Virus record (IMG/VR): IMGVR_UViG_3300017700_000576 | Location: 1-40,496 of that record | Strand: one strand, 5' to 3' | From: a virus | Lineage: Duplodnaviria; Caudoviricetes | DNA length: 40,496 bases | Shown: positions 26,483 to 34,364 of the stretch, piece after piece | How positions within the stretch are numbered: the first letter of the stretch is position 1 | How the letters are laid out: every line of letters starts with the position of its first letter | Notes under the pieces: generated by a model | What the model saw: the letters and a program-made list of their open reading frames with translations, nothing else | What the model was told of the DNA's origin: nothing | Databases searched by the model: none | Translations under genes and position numbers: made by a program

Positions 26483-26670
26483 TTGCGCCCCCGTTTCCGC
26501 GCCGCCTTCTGAGCGCGCTGCTTGGCGGCCTTGGGGTTGCGCTTCGGTTTGGGCTTGTCGCCGCGCTTCGACGTGATGGCGGGAGCGGAATACGCCCCGC
26601 TGGCGAGGCCAAGACCAAACGCTGCGGCGGCTAGGCCCATGCCTATGCCGGGGAGAACAGGGCGGCTCAT
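26479..26670 (-). CDS. Small protein with hydrophobic N-terminus and basic tail, 63 aa
   Basis: ATGA overlaps at both ends; ...KAAKQRAQKAARKRGRK. Confidence 0.7.
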   Translation of the reverse strand: MSRPVLPGIGMGLAAAAFGLGLASGAYSAPAITSKRGDKPKPKRNPKAAKQRAQKAARKRGRK

Positions 26671-27050
26671 TTCGTCTCCGTGGGTGCTAGTGCGGCGCGG
26701 GCGCTGAGAATGAACACGTCGTAGGCGCCTTCGAAGTCGGGCTCGTCGTCATCGCCAAAATCCTCCTCATACTGCTTGCGGGCCTGCTCACTGAGGCTTT
26801 GACTGGCCATGACCCTGAAGATGCCTTTCAGAGCCTCCTCGCGCGCCTCTGCCGCAGCAAGGCGGACGGCCGCGCTAGACAGCAACTCGCGCGCATGTCC
26901 GCCAATCCCGTGCGGAACAAGAACGCCCTTGCGGTCCAGCGCAATCAGCGCCTCAATGCTGCGAAGGAGGTTCGCGGTATCGCCATGGAAGTTGTCCTCC
27001 AGCGCCTCCAGCCTCTCCAGCTCCGCGACGGTCTCTCTCAGGTCACCCAT
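26667..27050 (-). CDS. Hypothetical protein, 127 aa
   Basis: Likely start ATG 27050 (MGDLRETV) after GGAG; LVPHGIGGHARELL, ARAALA. Confidence 0.7.
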   Translation of the reverse strand: MGDLRETVAELERLEALEDNFHGDTANLLRSIEALIALDRKGVLVPHGIGGHARELLSSAAVRLAAAEAREEALKGIFRVMASQSLSEQARKQYEEDFGDDDEPDFEGAYDVFILSARAALAPTETK

Positions 27051-27441
27051 TGCGCTTCTCCGCTTTGGCGATGGCTGCGCGGGCGCGCTTGGCCTCTTCG
27101 CGCCACACGTCCAGAACCGTGATCCCGCCGTCCGCTGCAAGCTCGTCCGGGTCGCCCTCGATCAGCGTTTCGAGAAGGCGGTCAGCCCAGCGAAGCAGCT
27201 CATCACGCTCAGCCTGGATCGTGGCGTCGGGGAGGGGGTCGGGGAGAAGGTCGTCAGGGTTCTCGTCAGCATACCCGCCCCGGCCATCGGGCCGGTAAAG
27301 GAGCGTGAGGTTCGCGTCCTCTCCCGTCAGCATGAAAACATGCACGGGGTTCGGCGTGCCCGCCGTGATGCCCGTGACTAGTCCGCGATCCCCGCCCCGC
27401 GTGCGATATACGCGCCCGACTTCAAACTGCGTCTCACTCAT
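27043..27441 (-). CDS. Hypothetical protein, 132 aa
   Basis: Likely start ATG 27441 (MSETQFEVGRVYRTRGG) after AAGGA; ARAAIAKAE tail. Confidence 0.7.
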   Translation of the reverse strand: MSETQFEVGRVYRTRGGDRGLVTGITAGTPNPVHVFMLTGEDANLTLLYRPDGRGGYADENPDDLLPDPLPDATIQAERDELLRWADRLLETLIEGDPDELAADGGITVLDVWREEAKRARAAIAKAEKRNG

Positions 27442-27832
27442 GGTCGTTTTCCTTTGCGCGGCGGGAGAGTTCGGCGTCGATGGCGGCGAGCGTCGGTTGC
27501 GCCGCTCTAAGCGCATGCCAGATCGCGGGATTGTTCGGGACGACTGGCCCAGCGTCGTTATCGACATCCCCCGGCGCTGGCGGCAGGGCGAAGCGTTTCA
27601 CCGCATCAACCGGGACCGCCATATCGCGCTCGCTGTTGTAGTAGGCGAACTGCTCCCGCACTTGCTCGGGCGTGTACTCCCCGGCCCATGACAGCGGCCA
27701 GCAATAGCCCGCGTTTTCGGGGCGCCAGAACGTGATGTAGCGATGCTGCTTCTGCGTGTGGCGAATGCTGGCAATGTAGTATCCATGCACATCGGTCGGC
27801 GTGTCGGACAGGTCGGTCATGGCTGGGCTCAT
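27434..27832 (-). CDS. Hypothetical phage protein, 132 aa
   Basis: ATGA-coupled start 27832; YITFWRPENAGYCWPLSWAGEY motif. Confidence 0.7.
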   Translation of the reverse strand: MSPAMTDLSDTPTDVHGYYIASIRHTQKQHRYITFWRPENAGYCWPLSWAGEYTPEQVREQFAYYNSERDMAVPVDAVKRFALPPAPGDVDNDAGPVVPNNPAIWHALRAAQPTLAAIDAELSRRAKENDHE

Positions 27833-28659
27833 TGCGCCACGTCGAGGAACGGAAGCGGTGTATCGCCGCCCATGTAGACCGGCAGCTTGCCGTCCCAAGC
27901 TTCGATAGCTTTGAGCTGAAGCACTTCGGGATCTTTGGCGACCGACTCCGCAAGCAGGCGGTTGCTTTCCGCGATGCCCCGCGCCTCTTCGATCTTGGCG
28001 TTCGCGTTGGCCGTAGCGCGGGCGACTTGCGCCTCTGCCGCAAGGGTTTCCTGCTCAACCTTCGTCTTGTTCTGGATGGCTGTCAGGATAATTTCAGGAT
28101 AGCGGATGTTGCCAATCCAGTCGAGTTGCGAGATGGCGACGCAGTCCCCGGCCCACTTCTTGACGACCCGGCCCATGGCCTTCTGAATGACCTCCTGACG
28201 GCCACCGGAGTACATCCGTTCGACATTGACCAGCTCGCTTTCGGCGCTAATCGCCGTGCGCACATCGTTGCGGATCGGGCCATCGAAAAGCTGGTCGAAG
28301 TCCAGCCGGTACTTCTGGTAAAGCGCCGGGGCGCAACTCGGATCGATGCGCAAGACAAGCTGCACATCCGCCGTCATGGGTAGGCCGGTGTTGTCGGCAA
28401 AGCCGATTTCTTCATTCTCAACACCGCGCTCGTCCGGCTCACGGGTGTAGGTGTAGGTCCGCTGGATCGTGGGGAACTCGACGACGCTTTCGCCCCAGCC
28501 GTTGGCGACCCATCCCGGCATCCGGGGCTCCGGATCGACGCCAGCCTTGGAGCCGAACGTGTAGATTTTCACGCCGACATTTCCGGGCTCGACAGTCTCG
28601 CCACACGCGACCAGCGCCAGAGCGGAAACAGTCAGGAGGATGGCTTTTACCTTAGTCAT
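27829..28659 (-). CDS. SPFH/band 7/prohibitin-domain lipoprotein
   Basis: Lipobox LVAC; TVEPGNVGVK; AEAQVARATANAKIEEARGIAESN; IEAWDGKLPVYMGG. Confidence 0.9.
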   Translation of the reverse strand: MTKVKAILLTVSALALVACGETVEPGNVGVKIYTFGSKAGVDPEPRMPGWVANGWGESVVEFPTIQRTYTYTREPDERGVENEEIGFADNTGLPMTADVQLVLRIDPSCAPALYQKYRLDFDQLFDGPIRNDVRTAISAESELVNVERMYSGGRQEVIQKAMGRVVKKWAGDCVAISQLDWIGNIRYPEIILTAIQNKTKVEQETLAAEAQVARATANANAKIEEARGIAESNRLLAESVAKDPEVLQLKAIEAWDGKLPVYMGGDTPLPFLDVAQ

Positions 28660-28918
28660 GTGTATCTTCTTTCGTGGGTTCGGCGTCGCCTTTGGCGACC
28701 CGCGCGGTTACTCGAATGCCGACGATTGCAATGCTCGCCAGCAGGCTCACTCCAACAATGGCGAGGGCGACCCCGCCGAAAAGTCCAAGGTCATTCCGGG
28801 ATGCGATGAGGCCCGCGACCGCGTATCGGAACAGGAACATCGCGACTGCGACCCATGCGATGGCGAAGCCCGTTCCAACGCCAATCGCCCGAATGATCCG
28901 TGTAGCTTCGTCCATCAC
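28652..28918 (-). CDS. 2-TM membrane protein
   Basis: GTGA-coupled start at 28918 (or ATG 28915); two hydrophobic helices; directly upstream of the SPFH gene. Confidence 0.7.
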   Translation of the reverse strand: MMDEATRIIRAIGVGTGFAIAWVAVAMFLFRYAVAGLIASRNDLGLFGGVALAIVGVSLLASIAIVGIRVTARVAKGDAEPTKEDTHD

Positions 28919-29109
28919 CCAGCCCTCCGCATCCGCTCGACGCGGAGCCATCCCTTGTTCGAGGCGACTTTGCGCCACTCGCCAAAACGATTTCCGGCCG
29001 CTCCGATCCTGGCGACGAACGCATCCACGTCAGGCGTGTAGGAGAGGTCGTGCGCGGTCGCTCCCAGATCGGGGAGGCGCGCGAACAGGTGTGCGATCTC
29101 AGCCGACAT
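28915..29109 (-). CDS. Hypothetical protein, 64 aa
   Basis: GGAG RBS; overlaps both neighbours. Confidence 0.65.
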   Translation of the reverse strand: MSAEIAHLFARLPDLGATAHDLSYTPDVDAFVARIGAAGNRFGEWRKVASNKGWLRVERMRRAG

Positions 29110-29431
29110 GGAGCACTCCCATAGGCGCGGCCTCGCAGGCGTTCCGTATCTCGCGCAAAAATTCCAGCGCGCCGTGATAGTCGCCCCAGCCGTTCGGCGG
29201 GTTCAGCTTTTCAAAGCCAGGCTTGTCCGCCGTCATCATGGCGATTGCCGCATTCAGGCGCGGCAGGGCGTCGGCGCCCTTCATGCCGTTCATTTCGCGG
29301 ATGGGCAGGCCAGCCTTGATGAACATGGCGGAGCAATTGTAGGTGCAGCCCGCGTCCAGTTCCGCGCGGCGAACCCGGCAACAATCGCAGTTGCAGTTTT
29401 CCGGGCCGTGGATGGAAACGGCGTAGCTCAT
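29099..29431 (-). CDS. Hypothetical phage protein, 110 aa
   Basis: TYNCSAMF, LNPPNGWGDYHGALEFL motifs; Cys cluster CNCDCC. Confidence 0.75.
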   Translation of the reverse strand: MSYAVSIHGPENCNCDCCRVRRAELDAGCTYNCSAMFIKAGLPIREMNGMKGADALPRLNAAIAMMTADKPGFEKLNPPNGWGDYHGALEFLREIRNACEAAPMGVLHVG

Positions 29432-29784
29432 GGCGCTACCCCGGCTTTGTCCAAAGCGGCGCGGGCGAGCCGCTGCATGGTGAGCGGGTTGAAGCCCATA
29501 TCGGCCTCAGGCATATCCGCAATCTCTTGCAGGCACGCCATCAGGTCGCGGTTCTTGTCGCGAAGGAGGATGCCCTCGATCTCGACACGGCGGCAGCGCG
29601 CGATATCCTGCGACAAGTTCCAGCTGGCGTTATCTTTCAGGTGGTCCTGCACCGAGTGCAGAAGGTCTTCGTAGACCGCATCAGCCGCCCGCCGCATCGG
29701 TCCCGCAGCGCGCTCCACGAACTTGTCGAGGATGGCGTCGCAGACCTGCGCAACGATCTCTTCCGGTTGCTTCATCTCGCTCAT
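29428..29784 (-). CDS. Hypothetical protein, 118 aa
   Basis: Helical; ARAALDKA tail; ATGA coupling. Confidence 0.7.
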   Translation of the reverse strand: MSEMKQPEEIVAQVCDAILDKFVERAAGPMRRAADAVYEDLLHSVQDHLKDNASWNLSQDIARCRRVEIEGILLRDKNRDLMACLQEIADMPEADMGFNPLTMQRLARAALDKAGVAP

Positions 29785-29793
29785 GGTATCCCC

Positions 29794-30006
29794 CTATTGC
29801 GCCACAGCGCGTTCGGCCTCGGCAGGCCACTCGTTGAACTTCACCAGATGGCGGCGGGCGTTCTCGATGCGACCCCGAACGATGGGGTCCGTTGCGAACA
29901 GGAGCGCGGTCGCCAGATCGGCAAGCGCCTCGTCCATGTGGTCGGACTGTTCGCGGATCGAGAATGTGGAGGTCGGGGCAGGTTCCTGGGTGTCGAAGGG
30001 CATCAC
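29794..30006 (-). CDS. Hypothetical protein, 70 aa
   Basis: GTGA coupling within the array. Confidence 0.6.
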   Translation of the reverse strand: MMPFDTQEPAPTSTFSIREQSDHMDEALADLATALLFATDPIVRGRIENARRHLVKFNEWPAEAERAVAQ

Positions 30007-30209
30007 TCGGCCCCCAACTTAGCGCGGCCGGCTTCGGTGAGGCGCAGTTTCGCCACCCCCATCAGTGCGCCAGCGCCTCCGTATGTCCGCTCGACCAGAC
30101 CGCGCTCGACGGCTTCGGCCAGCGCATCCGAGTTGCTGACAAGCCCCGCGAACAGGCACACTCTGGCATCGTCCAGAACCTCAAGAATTTCGGCGTCGGT
30201 CACCATCAC
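30003..30209 (-). CDS. Small winged-helix-like protein, 68 aa
   Basis: AVERGLVER...LRLTEAGRAKL wing motif. Confidence 0.65.
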   Translation of the reverse strand: MMVTDAEILEVLDDARVCLFAGLVSNSDALAEAVERGLVERTYGGAGALMGVAKLRLTEAGRAKLGAE

Positions 30210-30586
30210 TTAGCCTCCAGCTTGGCGCGCACACGGGGAGCGCGGTTCGCACTGGCGGCCTTGACGTAGGCAGACGCGGCCTCAGCCTTGATCCGGCGAA
30301 CGTCTTCCGAGACAAGCTGCTCGTACTCAGCCGCCGTGAAGGTCTGACCCGCCGTGACCCGGCGCTCGCCTTCACGGTACGCCTTGGCGTTCGCCAGATG
30401 GATTTGCGCCATCTGCAGCCGGTACTCGACGGCCCGCAGGTCGCTGTCAGCCTCGCCGGACAGCTTCGCGGCTTGCGCCATGTGGTGCGCGACGTGGCGC
30501 TTCTCGTTGCGGATGTGCTCGCGGATCGAGGCGATCTGCATCCCCATGCGGGACAAGTCGCGTGTGTCCGTGGGGTCGGTGCGCAT
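30206..30586 (-). CDS. Hypothetical coiled-coil protein, 126 aa
   Basis: GGAGG RBS; TGATG coupling. Confidence 0.7.
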   Translation of the reverse strand: MRTDPTDTRDLSRMGMQIASIREHIRNEKRHVAHHMAQAAKLSGEADSDLRAVEYRLQMAQIHLANAKAYREGERRVTAGQTFTAAEYEQLVSEDVRRIKAEAASAYVKAASANRAPRVRAKLEAK

Positions 30587-30855
30587 CAGCGGGCCTCCAA
30601 TTGGGAGGCGAGGTCGCGGGCGGCATTGCTGGCCCGGATCGAGTAGAAGAAGAAGTGACCCGCTCCGATGAGGACGCAGACAATCGGGAAGAGGACGGCT
30701 GGTGCGCCAAGCAGTTCGGAGAGCTTGTCGCCGCCCCAGACGAACAAGGGCGCGAAGGTGATGGCGCAGCCAATGCCGACGCCGATTGCGGCTTCATGCA
30801 GCTTGGCGATTGCAGCCGTGGCATCCGTGGGGTCGGTCCGAAGGTGGGCGGTCAT
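30586..30855 (-). CDS. 2-TM membrane protein, 89 aa
   Basis: Two hydrophobic helices; ATGA coupling. Confidence 0.7.
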   Translation of the reverse strand: MTAHLRTDPTDATAAIAKLHEAAIGVGIGCAITFAPLFVWGGDKLSELLGAPAVLFPIVCVLIGAGHFFFYSIRASNAARDLASQLEAR

Positions 30856-31109
30856 TGGGATGCTCCCGTCGCCGGGGGAGCGGGGAGGGGCATCCAGTGG
30901 GTGACGTGGCAGGCGCCGTCAGTCGGGTTGCAGGCCTTCTGACCGGGCGGGACAGTCTCAGGCCAGCAGCTGCGGTTGCCGCCCATCAGGTTCTTGATGG
31001 CGATGGGGTCGTCGCCAGTCCGGCGAGCCAGCGGGCGGTACACCAACGCCGGTTGGCCTTTGCAAACCGCCGTCTCTATCGGCTGCCAGTCTGTGGCTGT
31101 CCCGGTCAT
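30852..31109 (-). CDS. DUF551-domain protein
   Basis: WQPIETA...VTHWMPLPAPP. Confidence 0.8.
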   Translation of the reverse strand: MTGTATDWQPIETAVCKGQPALVYRPLARRTGDDPIAIKNLMGGNRSCWPETVPPGQKACNPTDGACHVTHWMPLPAPPATGASQ

Positions 31110-31489
31110 TGCGCGGCTCCTGCTGCGGAGAGGGCGGCGGCTTTGGCAAGCGCTGTGTTGGCCGCAAAGGCAGCCTTCAGACCGGGATGCTTTCTCGCGT
31201 CGCTGTAGCTGACGAAGTCCATCCGGTAGCCGCGCGGGTAGTGCGCCCGGAACCCTTCGTGGCGATCAGGGCGGGAGCCGTCCAGAATGCCGAGGTCGCC
31301 CAGCATGTAGTATTCGTTGGAGCACACATGGCCGCCAAGGCCGGTGCCGTCCGCCGCAAGCAGGACCCCGGAAAACCATCCCGGCGAGCCGCCATTGTTG
31401 AAGCCGTAGATGACCGGCAGATCAGCGACGGGCACGCCGTCCGGGTTGTAGACCGCGTAATCGGGGTTGATCTCGTCAGTCGTCGCCAT
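31106..31489 (-). CDS. Hypothetical protein, first gene of the leftward operon, 127 aa
   Basis: Likely start ATG 31489 (MATTDEINPDY) after GAGGA; IYGFNNGG, LGGHVCS motifs. Confidence 0.75.
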   Translation of the reverse strand: MATTDEINPDYAVYNPDGVPVADLPVIYGFNNGGSPGWFSGVLLAADGTGLGGHVCSNEYYMLGDLGILDGSRPDRHEGFRAHYPRGYRMDFVSYSDARKHPGLKAAFAANTALAKAAALSAAGAAQ

Positions 31490-31531
31490 TGTCCGTGTCC
31501 TCTGTCGCGCCGGGGCGCTGGTGTGAGGGGG

Positions 31532-31560
31532 ACTATGCACACCTCCCGTTTTCACCGCAA
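31532..31560 (-). promoter_or_regulatory. Leftward early promoter
   Basis: - strand TTGCGG-N17-CATAGT. Confidence 0.6.
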
Positions 31561-31567
31561 GTGAAAA
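31549..31567. promoter_or_regulatory. Palindromic operator candidate
   Basis: TTTTCAC-CGCAA-GTGAAAA centred on the leftward -35 element. Confidence 0.55.
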
Positions 31568-31593
31568 AGATCGCACGGCGGGAAAAAATTCGC

Positions 31594-31621
31594 TTGCCCG
31601 GATTTTCGCCGCGTGCATACT
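31594..31621 (+). promoter_or_regulatory. Rightward promoter, predicted to give a leaderless HTH mRNA
   Basis: TTGCCC-N16-CATACT; ATG at 31628 lies 7 nt after the -10; shares GTGCATA with the leftward promoter. Confidence 0.55.
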
Positions 31622-31627
31622 GCCGAC

Positions 31628-31819
31628 ATGCTCAAACGCTATCGCAAATCGAAAGACTGGACGCTACAACAGGCGGCTGACCACTTCGGCCTCAGCGTGT
31701 CCTACATTCATCAGCTTGAATCTGGCCGCAAGCCAATGACGCTGACAGCAGCGCGGATCATCGCGGCCAAGTCGCCGCTCACGGTCACGCAGCTTCTCGG
31801 CCTCAAGGAGCGCGCATGA
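31628..31819 (+). CDS. Cro/XRE-family HTH regulator, 63 aa
   Basis: LKRYRKSKDWTLQQAADHFGLSVSYIHQLESGRKP; no peptidase domain. Confidence 0.9.
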   Translation: MLKRYRKSKDWTLQQAADHFGLSVSYIHQLESGRKPMTLTAARIIAAKSPLTVTQLLGLKERA

Positions 31820-31849
31820 CGCTCCCCACCCAATTCCGGGTAACCGGAT

Positions 31850-31908
31850 ACGTCAGTCCGGGGAGGACTCCCCCCAAACCCGTCCCAACCGGGCTGACGT
31901 TCTTTTTC
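31850..31908 (+). terminator. Terminator/attenuator-like structure after the HTH gene
   Basis: 12-bp stem ACGTCAGTCCGG/CCGGGCTGACGT with a large loop, followed by TCTTTTT. Confidence 0.5.
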
Positions 31909-31981
31909 GCTGACCACCTCCCGGCGAAAGCGCCGTCCGTTGCCTCTCGTGGGCAGCGGGCGGCGTGGGGAGGGCTCCGCC

Positions 31982-32233
31982 ATGGGTGAGCGCTACGAAA
32001 TCCGCACGCTGGACGACCTCGTCACCCTTTGGGCCGCCCTGACGCCAGAGAAGCGCGAGACGTTCACCACCGATCTTGTGACGTGGATGAACATCAGCAC
32101 GGCATTGATCGGCTCGCTGGGCGAGCGACGGCAGCAAGTCCGGATGGCCTTCACGTGGGTCGATGACGGCAAGAACGATTTTCTCGGGCTCATGATCCGC
32201 CCGGAACCCGCCACCCCACCCGACCTCGAATAG
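31982..32233 (+). CDS. Hypothetical protein, 83 aa
   Basis: ATG 31982 after GGGAGG; YEIRTLDDL...FTWVDDGK. Confidence 0.7.
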   Translation: MGERYEIRTLDDLVTLWAALTPEKRETFTTDLVTWMNISTALIGSLGERRQQVRMAFTWVDDGKNDFLGLMIRPEPATPPDLE

Positions 32234-32301
32234 CAGATGACCCGGACGCGCTAAGGCCCGGGCCACCCTTTCAAATCCGGCTTGTTCAAGGAAGCCAGAC
32301 C

Positions 32302-32487
32302 ATGACGCACAACGTACCGACCAACATTGGCGTTCCCGTGACGCTGAGGACAGCCATCGCCGCACAGGTCGCGCGCCTCAACGATGAGGGCGTCTTCTCC
32401 GCTTCTGACATTGCCGCTGACCCTGTCGTCGCCCCGCTGCTCTACGCGCTGGAGCTGCTGGCCGCTCCGAAGGCGAGGGCGGCGTGA
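32302..32487 (+). CDS. Hypothetical protein, 61 aa
   Basis: AAGGA RBS; GTGA overlap with the next gene. Confidence 0.65.
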   Translation: MTHNVPTNIGVPVTLRTAIAAQVARLNDEGVFSASDIAADPVVAPLLYALELLAAPKARAA

Positions 32488-32786
32488 TGGGCTGCGATAT
32501 CTGCACACACAGTTACGGATTTGAGTGGGAGCCCGGTCAGCCCAACGTCCAGACCATCCATTGCACGCTGAATCCGGTCTGGGTCGAAGTCAGCAGCGAC
32601 CATTTCTGCAGCCAATACTGGAACGACTATGCGGCGCCGAAATACGACGCCGAGCGCTCAGCCCGCCGTGATGAGCTTTGGGCGTCTCGCGAGCAATACA
32701 AGAAGCGCGCCGCTGACGCCGAACGCAAGCTGAAGGCCGCCAACAAGCGCCTTCGCGAGATGCGCGCCAAAGGCGGTGACGCATGA
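32484..32786 (+). CDS. Cys-motif (Zn-binding-like) plus coiled-coil protein
   Basis: CDIC...CTLNP...DHFCSQY followed by a charged helix. Confidence 0.7.
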   Translation: MMGCDICTHSYGFEWEPGQPNVQTIHCTLNPVWVEVSSDHFCSQYWNDYAAPKYDAERSARRDELWASREQYKKRAADAERKLKAANKRLREMRAKGGDA

Positions 32787-32947
32787 CCCGCCCCGATCCC
32801 AACCGCATCGCTGGCCTCGCACTCATAGCCGCAAGCGCGGCGCTGGTGCTGTGGGTCGTATTCGAGATCGCCCGTGCTCCGGGCGTCGCCCTGGCCCTCG
32901 CCGCTGTTGCGGCGGCGGGGGTCGTTTTTTCGGCGTGGAGGCACTGA
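32783..32947 (+). CDS. Small 2-TM membrane protein, 54 aa (not in ORF track)
   Basis: ATGA and TGATG coupling; MTRPDPNRIAGLALIAASAALVLWVVFEIARAPGVALALAAVAAAGVVFSAWRH. Confidence 0.7.
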   Translation: MTRPDPNRIAGLALIAASAALVLWVVFEIARAPGVALALAAVAAAGVVFSAWRH

Positions 32948-33399
32948 TGCTGAAATTCACCGTTCCCGGCGAGCCGCGCGGCAAGGGCCGGCCAAGGTTC
33001 GTCTCGACGCCGAAAGGCGGTCGCGCGTTCACGGACGGCAAGACGGCGTCCTACGAAAATCTCGTCAAGCTCTGCGCAAGAGCCGCTGGCGCGAAGGTCG
33101 TGGACGATCATCTCGCCGTGGACATCACCGCATATTTCGAGCCGGCGCCATCCTGGTCAAAGAAGAAGATCGCCGCCGCGCTCGCCAATGAGTTTCGCCC
33201 CGGAAAGTTCGATGTCGACAACGTGGCCAAGGCCGCGCTCGATGGCCTGAACGGCATCGCGTTCCGGGATGACAAGCAGATTGCGGATCTTCGCGTCCGC
33301 AAGTTCTTCGCGACGGAATCCCGTCTCGAAATCACGGTTTCCCCGATCGCCGGGGCGCAAGAGCAAAGCGATGGAGTCCTGCGAGATAAGGCAGCCTAG
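32947..33399 (+). CDS. rusA: RusA-family Holliday junction resolvase
   Basis: FTVPGEPRGKGRPRF; DVDNVAKAALDGLNGIAFRDDKQI; start ATG 32947. Confidence 0.92.
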   Translation: MLKFTVPGEPRGKGRPRFVSTPKGGRAFTDGKTASYENLVKLCARAAGAKVVDDHLAVDITAYFEPAPSWSKKKIAAALANEFRPGKFDVDNVAKAALDGLNGIAFRDDKQIADLRVRKFFATESRLEITVSPIAGAQEQSDGVLRDKAA

Positions 33400-33495
33400 G
33401 CCGCTCGAATAAGCAGGGGCAAGGGCTCCTCTCCTCCATCGCTCGCCACGCTCGGCGACGCACGGAGCGGGGCCGAAAAAGAGAAGGAGCCCGTG

Positions 33496-34332
33496 ATGGG
33501 TTTGCAAATTATCTCAGCCGAACAGCGGCTGGCCGAAAGGAGGGGCGTCAAGGCCCTGATCCTCGGACAGCCCGGCGTCGGCAAGACTTCCCTTCTGCGC
33601 ACGCTGGATCCGGCGCGCACGCTGTTCCTCGATTTCGAGGCTGGCGCGCTGTCGGTCCAGGATGTGCCTGTTGACGAGCTGCGTCCGACCACATGGCCGG
33701 AATGCCGCGACCTTGCGGCTTACATCGCAGGCCCGAACGAAAATGCCGATCCGAAAGCGCCATACGGCCAGCATCACTATGAGAGGGCCGTCGAACGCTT
33801 CGGCGATCCGAAGGCCCTCGACAAATACGAGACGCTGTTCATTGACAGCATCACCGTTGCTGGCCGTCTCTGCTTCTCGTGGTGCGAGCAGCAACCCGAG
33901 GCGTTCAACGCCAAGGGCGACAAGAACCTGCTCGGCGCCTACGGCCTGCATGGCCGGGAGATGATCCAGTGGATCACCCGGCTTCAGCACGCCCGCACGC
34001 GCAATGTCGTGTTCGTCTGCCTGCTTGACCAGAAGGAAGACGACTTCGGCCGCAAGACGTGGGCGCCGCAGATCGAGGGCGGCAAGACGGGCCGGGAGAT
34101 GCCCGGAATCGTGGACGAAGTTTTGACGATGGCCATCATCCGGCCAGAAGACGGCGAGCCCTACCGGGCTTTCGTCACGGACCCCACCAATCCGTGGGAC
34201 TATCCGGCCAAGGACCGATCTGGCCGGCTGGAGCCGATCGAGGAGCCCCACCTGGGCCGCCTTTTCACCAAGCTCAACGACAGTGCGACGCGGGATAGCT
34301 CCGCCAAGAACATCTCCCGCGTCGCTGCCTGA
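33496..34332 (+). CDS. AAA_24 / Sak4-like ATPase (phage recombination protein)
   Basis: Walker A GQPGVGKT, LFLDFEAG, Walker B LFIDSIT, PGIVDEV, AKDRSGRL. Confidence 0.88.
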   Translation: MGLQIISAEQRLAERRGVKALILGQPGVGKTSLLRTLDPARTLFLDFEAGALSVQDVPVDELRPTTWPECRDLAAYIAGPNENADPKAPYGQHHYERAVERFGDPKALDKYETLFIDSITVAGRLCFSWCEQQPEAFNAKGDKNLLGAYGLHGREMIQWITRLQHARTRNVVFVCLLDQKEDDFGRKTWAPQIEGGKTGREMPGIVDEVLTMAIIRPEDGEPYRAFVTDPTNPWDYPAKDRSGRLEPIEEPHLGRLFTKLNDSATRDSSAKNISRVAA

Positions 34333-34364
34333 ACCAACCCATCATCTGAGAAAGAACAGACACC

